Assembly: GCF_000392435.1 (NCBI RefSeq)
Contig: NC_021219.1
Span: 981,782 to 1,013,781, forward strand
Reading direction: 5' to 3'
Source: Candidatus Saccharimonas aalborgensis
GTDB taxonomy: Bacteria; Patescibacteriota; Saccharimonadia; Saccharimonadales; Saccharimonadaceae
DNA: 32,000 nt
Part shown: positions 1-6,076 of the stretch, piece after piece
Numbering within the stretch: the first letter of the stretch is position 1
How the letters are laid out: each line of letters begins with the position of its first letter
Program-made: the position numbers and the translations under genes
The notes under the pieces: model-generated
Databases searched by the model: none
Seen by the model: only the letters and a program-made list of their open reading frames with translations
Told to the model about the DNA's origin: nothing

Positions 1-2
1 GC

Positions 3-119
3 TTAACCCTGCCTTTGCTTATTCTTAGGTTTTTTCTTGTTGATGACACGGAGACGACCTTTGCGCCGAACCAGCTGATCATCAGGGCTGATTTTTTTGA
101 CACTCGCACGAACTTTCAT
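3..119 (-). CDS. rpmJ: 50S ribosomal protein L36 (Cys-free form)
   Basis: Not in the ORF track (<60 aa). Minus-strand ATG at 119 follows GGAGGAG. It translates to [38 protein letters not shown], the L36 signature without the zinc Cys/His. It lies directly downstream of infA, as in canonical clusters. Confidence 0.8.
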   Translation of the reverse strand: MKVRASVKKISPDDQLVRRKGRLRVINKKKPKNKQRQG

Positions 120-197
120 GAGCGTACAAATCTCCTCCAGGAAAAACCTGTATTAGAGAGAAATCAAGTGATATCGTCTCAACTTCTCGGTTATTAT

Positions 198-422
198 TTA
201 ATCACGTGCGCGGAAAACGATTCTGCCCTTTGTGAGATCATAAGGGGTTAGCTCGACTTCCACGATATCGCCCGGTACCAGACGGATATAATGCTTGCGC
301 ATCTTGCCGCTAATATGAGCGATGATACTTAGGCCGTTTTCCAATTCCACCCTAAACTGAGTATTAGGCAGTGCTTCCACCACCTTGCCTCGCAGTTTAA
401 TAACTTCTTTGGTACTCGCCAT
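198..422 (-). CDS. infA: translation initiation factor IF-1
   Basis: 74 aa: [30 protein letters not shown]...GRIVFRARD, the typical IF-1 S1-fold sequence. Confidence 0.95.
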   Translation of the reverse strand: MASTKEVIKLRGKVVEALPNTQFRVELENGLSIIAHISGKMRKHYIRLVPGDIVEVELTPYDLTKGRIVFRARD

Positions 423-438
423 AGATATACAGCATTTT

Positions 439-467
439 ATTATACGGTATCATATGACAAAAGTAAA
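439..467 (-). promoter_or_regulatory. putative sigma70-type promoter for infA-rpmJ
   Basis: The minus strand reads TTTACT-17 nt-TATAAT (-35 at 462-467, -10 at 439-444). The -10 ends about 17 nt upstream of the infA ATG, implying a very short leader. Confidence 0.4.
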
Positions 468-546
468 CAGATTTAACAGAGAATCGCGGTATAGTTAGTC
501 TACCGCAACTAAATTGATAGTTTTATTGTAGCGAATATCGTTCGTG

Positions 547-577
547 AGTCAAGTCAAAAGAGTGAGGATACTTGACT
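547..577. promoter_or_regulatory. 8-bp inverted repeat AGTCAAGT-N15-ACTTGACT overlapping the -35 of the RNA promoter (possible operator)
   Basis: 547-554 agtcaagt is the exact reverse complement of 570-577 acttgact. The right arm contains the TTGACT -35 box. Confidence 0.3.
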
Positions 578-600
578 TTTATATAAATATAGTGTAAAAT
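572..600 (+). promoter_or_regulatory. near-consensus sigma70-type promoter driving the G+C-rich RNA locus
   Basis: TTGACT (572-577), a 17-nt spacer, then TAAAAT (595-600), all in an AT-rich stretch just before the G+C-rich block. Confidence 0.6.
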
Positions 601-604
601 AGTA

Positions 605-1068
605 CACGAGTCCATTGTAGTTTGACAACCCCAACCCCCTGAAAGGATACCTGATGGGAAAGAGATGGCCTGGCATGGGTCGCCTGCGCGCAAAGCGCAA
701 AGCGACTGCCCAGCTCGCCGCTGCTAAGGCAGCGGCGGCGGTGAGGGCTCAGGAGGTCGTGAACGACCTCCTGTATCCCCACCAACGGGAGCACGGTACT
801 TCGCTTCTCGAGCGGCTGCACCCAGAGCCGCTCGACGTGTCGGATCACTCCGGCACGCCCAACCCTCGACGTCGTGTGCGCCATCGGGCAGACCGTCGGC
901 GACGGCTGCCCGAGGCGCTTGTCACCGAGCGGCCCTGCGCCGCTCGCGGCCACCACCGTGGCTGCGAGTGTGCTGACTACGTCTGGGAGCCGCTTCACGC
1001 ATGAAGCGTGCTCCCGACACCTACAATGGATTGGCCCTTACTGCACTCGCGGTAGGGGCCTTTCCTTT
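605..1068 (+). ncRNA. unclassified large structured RNA (~460 nt, G+C-rich, multi-hairpin, closed by a long-range helix)
   Basis: Closing helix 611-620 tccattgtag / 1021-1030 ctacaatgga. Perfect or near-perfect hairpins: 716-737 (9 bp), 750-773 (10 bp), 808-835 (10 bp), 837-856 (7 bp), 884-913 (13 bp, 1 bulge), 943-968 (11 bp), 985-1015 (13 bp, 1 bulge). Promoter upstream, terminator downstream. Counted G+C is 41/60 and 40/60 for lines 661-780. Confidence 0.6.
1033..1068 (+). terminator. intrinsic terminator of the RNA locus
   Basis: 9-bp stem ggcccttac/gtaggggcc (1033-1041 / 1052-1060, one G-U) with a 10-nt loop, followed by tttccttt. The T-tract is present only on the plus strand. Confidence 0.55.
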
Positions 1069-1086
1069 GCAGCTACTTTCGAAATA

Positions 1087-2496
1087 TTATTTGTAATCGT
1101 CGTACGTCACCATGAGGGCGCGTGAGTTGACCTGTCGCAGAGTTTCGAGCCCCACTGTCACGACGATGAGAAGACCCGTGCCTCCAATCGCCAAATTGGC
1201 AGCGTTGAGCCCTAGTTTGACAAAGACATACTCAATGATGAATGGCATCACGGAGATAAAGCCGAGAGCAATAGAACCAAACAGAATTAAGCGATTGACC
1301 GTCCGTCCCAGATATTTTTCGGTCTGAATCCCCGGACGCACTCCCTCGATGAAGCCACCTTGCTTTTGCAGGTTTTCGGCAATCTCATTTGAATTAAAGA
1401 CGATGCCCGTATAGAAGTACGTAAACAATATTACGAGGAGGAAATAGGCAGCCGGATAGATAAATACGCCCAGATCACCACTTGCAAAGGACTGGGCGTT
1501 TGGTGCCTGGAACCACTTGATAAGATCGGCGCTCAGCTGAGTATACGAGGGGTTATTGGTTGCTTTGAGCACTTGACCTGCAAAGGCAGGGAGGCTGAGA
1601 AACGCGACCGCAAAAATCACCGGGATAACACCCGCAGCAATGAGCTTGACGGGGAGGATGCTTTTGATACCGCCGTAACTCGTATTGCCAGCGACACGTT
1701 TGGCGTAGTTGATAGTGATGATACGCTGAGCTTCATTGATTTTAACGAGGAAATACAATATAAAGAGCGATAAAAGACCGATAACAAGTGCTACCCAAAA
1801 CGCCGTCGGGCTCACCGGTAGGTCAAACCAGCCAAAGACGCTTAACTTTCCTGCCGTTGTGTCCAATAGCGAGGCGATGACCGTACTGAGGGTTGCTGGT
1901 AGCTGACTGATGATACCGGCAAAAATAATGAGTGAAATACCATTACCAATACCTTGCTCAGTGATGAGCTCTCCTAGCCACATGAGGAGAATGGAACCGG
2001 CGGTCATAGCAGTGACGGCTACTATCCACTCTGTTGGTGTGGTCGTGACAGTACCGGCAGTACTGCCTGCAAGAACTGACTGGCGCAGAATATAGATAAT
2101 TGCAACAGACTGAATGACTGCGAGTGGTACGGAGATGATACGCGTCCACTGGTTTATCTTGCGACGGCCAGATTCACCATCCTTATGGAGTTCTTCTAGC
2201 TTTGGGATTGCTTTTGTGAGCAACTGGGTGATGACGCTGGCAGTGATAAACGGACTCATTCCGACCAGGACGATAGACAACTGGCTGAGTGCACCACCGC
2301 TCATAAGGTTGAGGAATCCGCCGAAGTCACTTGAGCCGATCACCGTATCAATGATACTCTTTAGCTTACTCGGTTCAGCAATGGGCACAGGGATATGCGA
2401 CATGAAACGAAACGCGACGATCAGTCCAAAGACGATCAAGAGGCGTTTTTGCATATCACGGTTTTTGAGTGATCGAAGGATAATTTTCCAATTCAT
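1087..2496 (-). CDS. secY: preprotein translocase subunit SecY
   Basis: 469 aa polytopic membrane protein with typical SecY sequence (...GMSPFITASVITQLL..., ...GGTGLLIVVTVGLETLRQ...) and operon position after rplO. Confidence 0.95.
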   Translation of the reverse strand: MNWKIILRSLKNRDMQKRLLIVFGLIVAFRFMSHIPVPIAEPSKLKSIIDTVIGSSDFGGFLNLMSGGALSQLSIVLVGMSPFITASVITQLLTKAIPKLEELHKDGESGRRKINQWTRIISVPLAVIQSVAIIYILRQSVLAGSTAGTVTTTPTEWIVAVTAMTAGSILLMWLGELITEQGIGNGISLIIFAGIISQLPATLSTVIASLLDTTAGKLSVFGWFDLPVSPTAFWVALVIGLLSLFILYFLVKINEAQRIITINYAKRVAGNTSYGGIKSILPVKLIAAGVIPVIFAVAFLSLPAFAGQVLKATNNPSYTQLSADLIKWFQAPNAQSFASGDLGVFIYPAAYFLLVILFTYFYTGIVFNSNEIAENLQKQGGFIEGVRPGIQTEKYLGRTVNRLILFGSIALGFISVMPFIIEYVFVKLGLNAANLAIGGTGLLIVVTVGLETLRQVNSRALMVTYDDYK

Positions 2497-2595
2497 ACGG
2501 AGTAATTCTGCCTGTTTTCTGTGCGTTAGATGATACTACTTTACCTACAGTATACAGGACATGTTGCTGCGGTGCTAGCGGATTGTGCCGGATAC

Positions 2596-2624
2596 TTGTA
2601 CGACATGACGATCTGTTGTATAAT
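2596..2624 (+). promoter_or_regulatory. putative sigma70-type promoter for the G+C-rich ORF 2768-3223
   Basis: TTGTAC (2596-2601), a 17-nt spacer, then TATAAT (2619-2624). This predicts a ~140-nt leader. Confidence 0.5.
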
Positions 2625-2767
2625 ATGGTTATTGATAGCATTCGTGGGCATGCTTGATCATTGACAAGCAAGCATGTAGCCTACGGTGCTCCTACGAACT
2701 CCTAGCTCACTCGAGCTGGTGAGAAAAAGACCCTATCAAGACGGGTCACTATGGAAGGAGTTGCCTC

Positions 2768-3223
2768 TTGCCCAAGAAGGTCAAGAATCTGTTCGGTAAG
2801 ACATTCGGCTACGAAGGAGGTGTGGTCAACTTTGACGGACATATGGGCATGTTCGTCGGCGACGACAACGAACCCTTCGCCGGACGTGAGGGTGAGCAGG
2901 TGGTTCCGTACCCCATTGTTCCTCCTGCCGGGGAATCGTCGGCTCGTCGGGCACTCGTCGAGCTGGTGAACCAGACGCTTGCGTCGAGGTACGGTTCCAA
3001 GTTGGATGGAATCATCGTCAGCCCACGGATGGCACGAAACCTCTTCCTCGAGGGGCTGATCACGCCGGTCCATCTGGCTGCGGCCATCGAAGAGGCATTC
3101 GAGGGAGACCTCGTTCTCGTCATCCCGGATGTCAACATCGCTGGGCACCTCCTGTACATCGAGGTCGACAGCAACGCCGCGGTGAACTCATTCGCCATCG
3201 ACCGAAAGGGGTATCTGATCTGA
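2768..3223 (+). CDS. hypothetical protein, 151 aa, G+C-rich (foreign composition)
   Basis: TTG start 7 nt after GGAAGGAG (2753-2760). Third codon positions are mostly G/C. 38/60 G+C counted for 2881-2940. I recognise no family. The overlapping minus-strand ORFs look like G+C-rich shadow frames. Confidence 0.7.
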   Translation: MPKKVKNLFGKTFGYEGGVVNFDGHMGMFVGDDNEPFAGREGEQVVPYPIVPPAGESSARRALVELVNQTLASRYGSKLDGIIVSPRMARNLFLEGLITPVHLAAAIEEAFEGDLVLVIPDVNIAGHLLYIEVDSNAAVNSFAIDRKGYLI

Positions 3224-3242
3224 TGTCGATCCGATCGATGAC

Positions 3243-3276
3243 GAGGGGCGGCGTAGCAGTTTTTGCGCCGCCCCTC
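3243..3276. terminator. 11-bp G+C-rich hairpin without a U-tail, between two convergent genes
   Basis: gaggggcggcg (3243-3253) pairs perfectly with cgccgcccctc (3266-3276) across a 12-nt loop. No T-run follows on either strand. Confidence 0.4.
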
Positions 3277-3322
3277 AGGGGGGTCTCCGTTACCATCGCT
3301 ACACATGCTTGCTTGTCGCAAT

Positions 3323-3344
3323 ACCCCATAAAGGGGTTTTATTT
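3323..3344 (+). terminator. small intrinsic terminator
   Basis: acccc-ataaa-ggggt followed by tttatttat. The T-tract is on the plus strand. Confidence 0.4.
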
Positions 3345-3353
3345 ATATCGTTT

Positions 3354-3788
3354 CTACGCAGCTTGTTCGGAAGCGCGACGAAACACGAGCACTGTATCTG
3401 CTTGTGCATCTCGATCTTTGCGCACAATGGGTAGGGGTAGCTCACCAGCGATCTCTTTGAGTGCTCCCGCAAGAAATAAATCTAAGTCCATTGTTCCTGA
3501 AGCAATCTGACGCCACCCTGTCTCGGAGACAACAACTTTCCCATCGAGGAAGTCTATAAGTTTCTCTGGCAAAAAGCCCTCTATTGCGCCGATAGTCTCG
3601 TCGCTCACCGTCCAACCTGCATCTCTGGCCAGATGCTCTAGGCGCCCCACCTGTGCGCCAATGAACTGCCTGCGGAGATTTCCGTACCCCTCGCGAATGG
3701 CACGTGCTAGTCGCTCACGACCAGCTTGCTCGTAGTTGCGCCGATGTTCATTCCAATCGATCGCTATTTCGGGTACGCGTGGCATCAT
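3354..3788 (-). CDS. hypothetical protein, 144 aa
   Basis: GGAGG (3793-3797) precedes tandem ATGs at 3788 and 3785; the spacing favours 3785. An extended -10 TGcTATAGT lies at 3815-3823 (minus strand). G+C is above the host level (31-39/60 in three counted lines). No family recognised. Confidence 0.65.
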   Translation of the reverse strand: MMPRVPEIAIDWNEHRRNYEQAGRERLARAIREGYGNLRRQFIGAQVGRLEHLARDAGWTVSDETIGAIEGFLPEKLIDFLDGKVVVSETGWRQIASGTMDLDLFLAGALKEIAGELPLPIVRKDRDAQADTVLVFRRASEQAA

Positions 3789-3845
3789 CTGTCCTCCAGT
3801 TTAGCTACTAACAAACTATAGCATGCTTTGTCACACCATCTATAA

Positions 3846-3878
3846 CAAAAGTATGCGCCAATACTGCGCATACTTTTG
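3846..3878 (-). terminator. 13-bp hairpin terminator after rplO
   Basis: caaaagtatgcgc / gcgcatacttttg is a perfect stem with a 7-nt loop. On the minus strand the 3' arm runs into cttttgttat. Confidence 0.5.
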
Positions 3879-3899
3879 GCAAAACCAAGCGAGTTGTCG

Positions 3900-4379
3900 C
3901 TATTTTTTATCTGTAGCTTCAGCTTCTTTGGCTGATTTTTGGATGGGTGTTGCGACTTTATCGAAACTACCACCTGCCTTTTCTATAGCAGCCACAACGT
4001 TCCTTGATGCGCCCTGAGTCTTGAGAGTGATCTTGCTCCCCAGTTCACCACGAGCGATTACCTTGACGGTATGGAACGGTGTCGCGATAAGATTTGCTTC
4101 GTACAGAGCATAGTTATCGACGATACCCTTGAGTCCTTCAAGCCGATCAAGGTAGACAACCTGAGCTGGTGTTCGCAAACTTTTGAATCCTCGTGATTTT
4201 GGCACCGCAGTAGCGATGCCGTTTTGGCCACCCTGAAACATCGGACGCAGCTTCTTGCCAGTACGAGCATTCTGACCTTTTGTTCCGCGACCTGCTGTCT
4301 TGCCACCACCGGCAGCAATTCCGCGGCCGACGCGCTTGCGATCCTTGTGCGTACTCATCTGGAGATCATTGTATTTCAT
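3900..4379 (-). CDS. rplO: 50S ribosomal protein L15
   Basis: 159 aa, ...RKRVGRGIAAGGGKTAGRGTKGQNAR.... TAATG overlap with the rpsE stop. Confidence 0.95.
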   Translation of the reverse strand: MKYNDLQMSTHKDRKRVGRGIAAGGGKTAGRGTKGQNARTGKKLRPMFQGGQNGIATAVPKSRGFKSLRTPAQVVYLDRLEGLKGIVDNYALYEANLIATPFHTVKVIARGELGSKITLKTQGASRNVVAAIEKAGGSFDKVATPIQKSAKEAEATDKK

Positions 4380-5038
4380 TACTTAGTCTCCTTTTTTGGC
4401 GCAACTTTTTTGGCGGGAGCTTTTTTGACAGCAGGCTTATCATCAGATTGAGCAGTCTTTTTCTCTGCAAGTGCGGCCTTTCTAGTTGTCTTTTCAGTAG
4501 TGGTCAACCATTTCTCGCGGGGAACAAGGCTCGAGAGTGCCTCAACAGTAGCGTAGGCAATGTTTACCTTGTTTGTGCTCCCGAGACTCTTTGAAAGCAT
4601 GTTCCGGATACCGGTAACGCTGATAACCGAACGAACCACGCCGCCAGCAATGATACCAGTACCAGGTGCGGCCGGCTTGATGAGGACGCGTGCTCCTGAG
4701 AGCTTTACCTCAGTTTCATGCGGAATGGTCTCGTTGACAACCGGAATCGTGACGAGATGCTTCTTGGCGACATCGGTTGCCTTGGCGATTGCTGTTTGCA
4801 CATCGCTGCCTTTAGAAACACCAACGCCGATCTTATTTTTTCGGTTTCCTACGACGACAAGCGCCTTAAAACGAAACCGTCGGCCGCCGCTGACAACACG
4901 TGCCACACGGTCAATATTGATAACGACTTCTTCGAACTCTTTTGGCGCCTCTGGCGTCTGGTTGCGCCGGTCATCGCGGCGACCACCACGAGCTGGGCGT
5001 GAACCCCGTGGCGTAGTTTGTGCAGTTGTATCTGCCAT
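4379..5038 (-). CDS. rpsE: 30S ribosomal protein S5 with Lys/Ala-rich C-terminal tail
   Basis: S5 core (...RVVSGGRRFRFKALVVVGN...). I prefer ATG 5038 (GGAG 8 nt upstream) over GTG 5041. It directly abuts rplO with no L30 gene between. Confidence 0.9.
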   Translation of the reverse strand: MADTTAQTTPRGSRPARGGRRDDRRNQTPEAPKEFEEVVINIDRVARVVSGGRRFRFKALVVVGNRKNKIGVGVSKGSDVQTAIAKATDVAKKHLVTIPVVNETIPHETEVKLSGARVLIKPAAPGTGIIAGGVVRSVISVTGIRNMLSKSLGSTNKVNIAYATVEALSSLVPREKWLTTTEKTTRKAALAEKKTAQSDDKPAVKKAPAKKVAPKKETK

Positions 5039-5040
5039 CA

Positions 5041-5394
5041 CTAAAACTCCAATCCTTCTTTACGTGCTGCATCTGCAAGTGCTCCCAGTCGGCCAGCATA
5101 CTGGCGACCATTGCGGTCAAACACAACAGTGGTTATTTTTACTTTCTTAGCCTTCTTTGCAATTTCGGTACCGATACTGGCGCACTTTTCAGTCATCCTA
5201 CCAGTCAGTTTGCTGCCTACTGAGGTTGCGCTCGCAAGTGTATGTTGCTTGTCGTCATCAATTAACTGTGCGCTAACGTGCATATTGCTGATAACAACAC
5301 TTAGTCGTGGTCTCTCGGCAGTACCGTGTACTTTTGCGCGAACACGACTCTTACGGAGGCTTCGGTTAAGCAGTTTTTTTGCTAAATTAGTCAT
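5041..5394 (-). CDS. rplR: 50S ribosomal protein L18
   Basis: 117 aa, ...VFDRNGRQYAGRLGALADAARKEGLEF, the typical L18 C-terminus. Confidence 0.95.
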   Translation of the reverse strand: MTNLAKKLLNRSLRKSRVRAKVHGTAERPRLSVVISNMHVSAQLIDDDKQHTLASATSVGSKLTGRMTEKCASIGTEIAKKAKKVKITTVVFDRNGRQYAGRLGALADAARKEGLEF

Positions 5395-5522
5395 TACTTC
5401 TTCCCTGCCTTTCCAGTCTGTGTATGAGACAAATCTACGGTTTTTCTCATCGCGCGGCGCACAGGAGTAAATCCTGATGCTCCGGCTGCTCTTTTCCCTT
5501 GGGTTATAGCTAGATCAGACAT
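5394..5522 (-). CDS. small basic ORF (42 aa) between rplF and rplR
   Basis: Not in the ORF track. MSDLAITQGKRAAGASGFTPVRRAMRKTVDLSHTQTGKAGKK*. TAATG overlaps on both sides (rplF stop/its ATG at 5520-5524; its stop/rplR ATG at 5392-5396). No family recognised. Confidence 0.4.
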   Translation of the reverse strand: MSDLAITQGKRAAGASGFTPVRRAMRKTVDLSHTQTGKAGKK

Positions 5523-6058
5523 TATTTTTTACCTGCCTTTCCTGCTTTGCGGAGGATATGTTCACCAACGTATGCGATTCCCTTGCCCTTATATGGTTCG
5601 GGCTTCTTGATGGCTCGGATCTCAGCGGCTACCTGACCGACAAGTTGCTTGTCAATCCCAGCGACTTTGATCGTCATCTTATCATTGATGATCTGAATAC
5701 CAGCGGGTGCTTTGTACTTGACCGGGTGACTAAACCCGAGGCTCATATCGAGCTCGTTGTTGCTGGTACTCACGCGGTAGCCGACACCCTTGACCTCGAG
5801 TTGTTTCTCGAAGCCTTTGGTGACGCCCTCGACAGCATTGTTGAGGAGTGCACGCTGCAACCCATGCTGGGCCTTAGCGATGCGCTCGTCATCTTTGCGG
5901 GCGACAGTTAATTTACCGTCCTCGTGAGTGACAGTAACATCGGACAGATGCGGGACAGTCAACTCGCCCTTGGCGCCAGTGACCTTGATGACATCTGAAT
6001 CGACTGTGATTGTCACACCCGAGGGAACAGTGATTGGTAGTTTTCCAATTCGACTCAT
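5522..6058 (-). CDS. rplF: 50S ribosomal protein L6
   Basis: 178 aa, MSRIGKLPITVPSGVTI...KGKGIAYVGE..., an L6 signature. Confidence 0.95.
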   Translation of the reverse strand: MSRIGKLPITVPSGVTITVDSDVIKVTGAKGELTVPHLSDVTVTHEDGKLTVARKDDERIAKAQHGLQRALLNNAVEGVTKGFEKQLEVKGVGYRVSTSNNELDMSLGFSHPVKYKAPAGIQIINDKMTIKVAGIDKQLVGQVAAEIRAIKKPEPYKGKGIAYVGEHILRKAGKAGKK

Positions 6059-6076
6059 ATCTTTACCTTTCTTTAC

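Noticed and set aside
625-640. CAACCCCAA within 626-634 is identical to the Tetrahymena telomerase RNA template.
   Set aside because: A 9-mer match in a C-rich segment with no reverse transcriptase nearby is almost certainly coincidence.
654-1004. ORF of 116 aa on the plus strand inside the G+C-rich block, with an AAGGA RBS-like sequence 6 nt upstream of its ATG.
   Set aside because: The product is Arg-rich and low in complexity (…RRRVRHRADRRRRL…). Third-position G+C by my count (~72%) barely exceeds the overall G+C of the block. The frame runs straight through at least seven perfect or near-perfect hairpins, which is atypical for coding sequence. I cannot fully exclude a small dual-function peptide.
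609-1032. The 10-12-bp terminal complementarity read as terminal inverted repeats of a MITE, or as retron a1/a2 repeats.
   Set aside because: No target-site duplication flanks the repeats. There is no second copy in the window, and no reverse transcriptase or transposase nearby. The promoter and terminator bracket the helix exactly as expected for an RNA closing stem.
605-1068. Identity of the structured RNA as RNase P RNA, tmRNA, SRP RNA, 6S RNA, a group I/II intron or a hammerhead.
   Set aside because: By eye I could not find the conserved cores on either strand. Missing are GAGGAAAGUCC/ACAGAA..GGCUUA (RNase P), a tRNA-like CCA end and tag ORF (tmRNA), GGAAGCAGCC (SRP), and group II domain V. 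CUGAUGGGAAAG at 651-662 is not a proper CUGAUGA...GAAA hammerhead core. This needs cmscan to be definitive.
579-1125. Other long ORFs in the same block (579-998 minus strand, 874-1125 plus strand).
   Set aside because: Multiple overlapping open frames are expected in ~67% G+C DNA. They have no RBS and implausible sequences.
2702-3321. Minus-strand ORFs 2702-3148 (148 aa) and 2809-3321 (170 aa) overlapping the plus-strand G+C-rich gene.
   Set aside because: These are shadow frames of a G+C-rich gene. They lack an RBS, and the plus-strand frame has the RBS, sensible composition and a G/C-biased third position.
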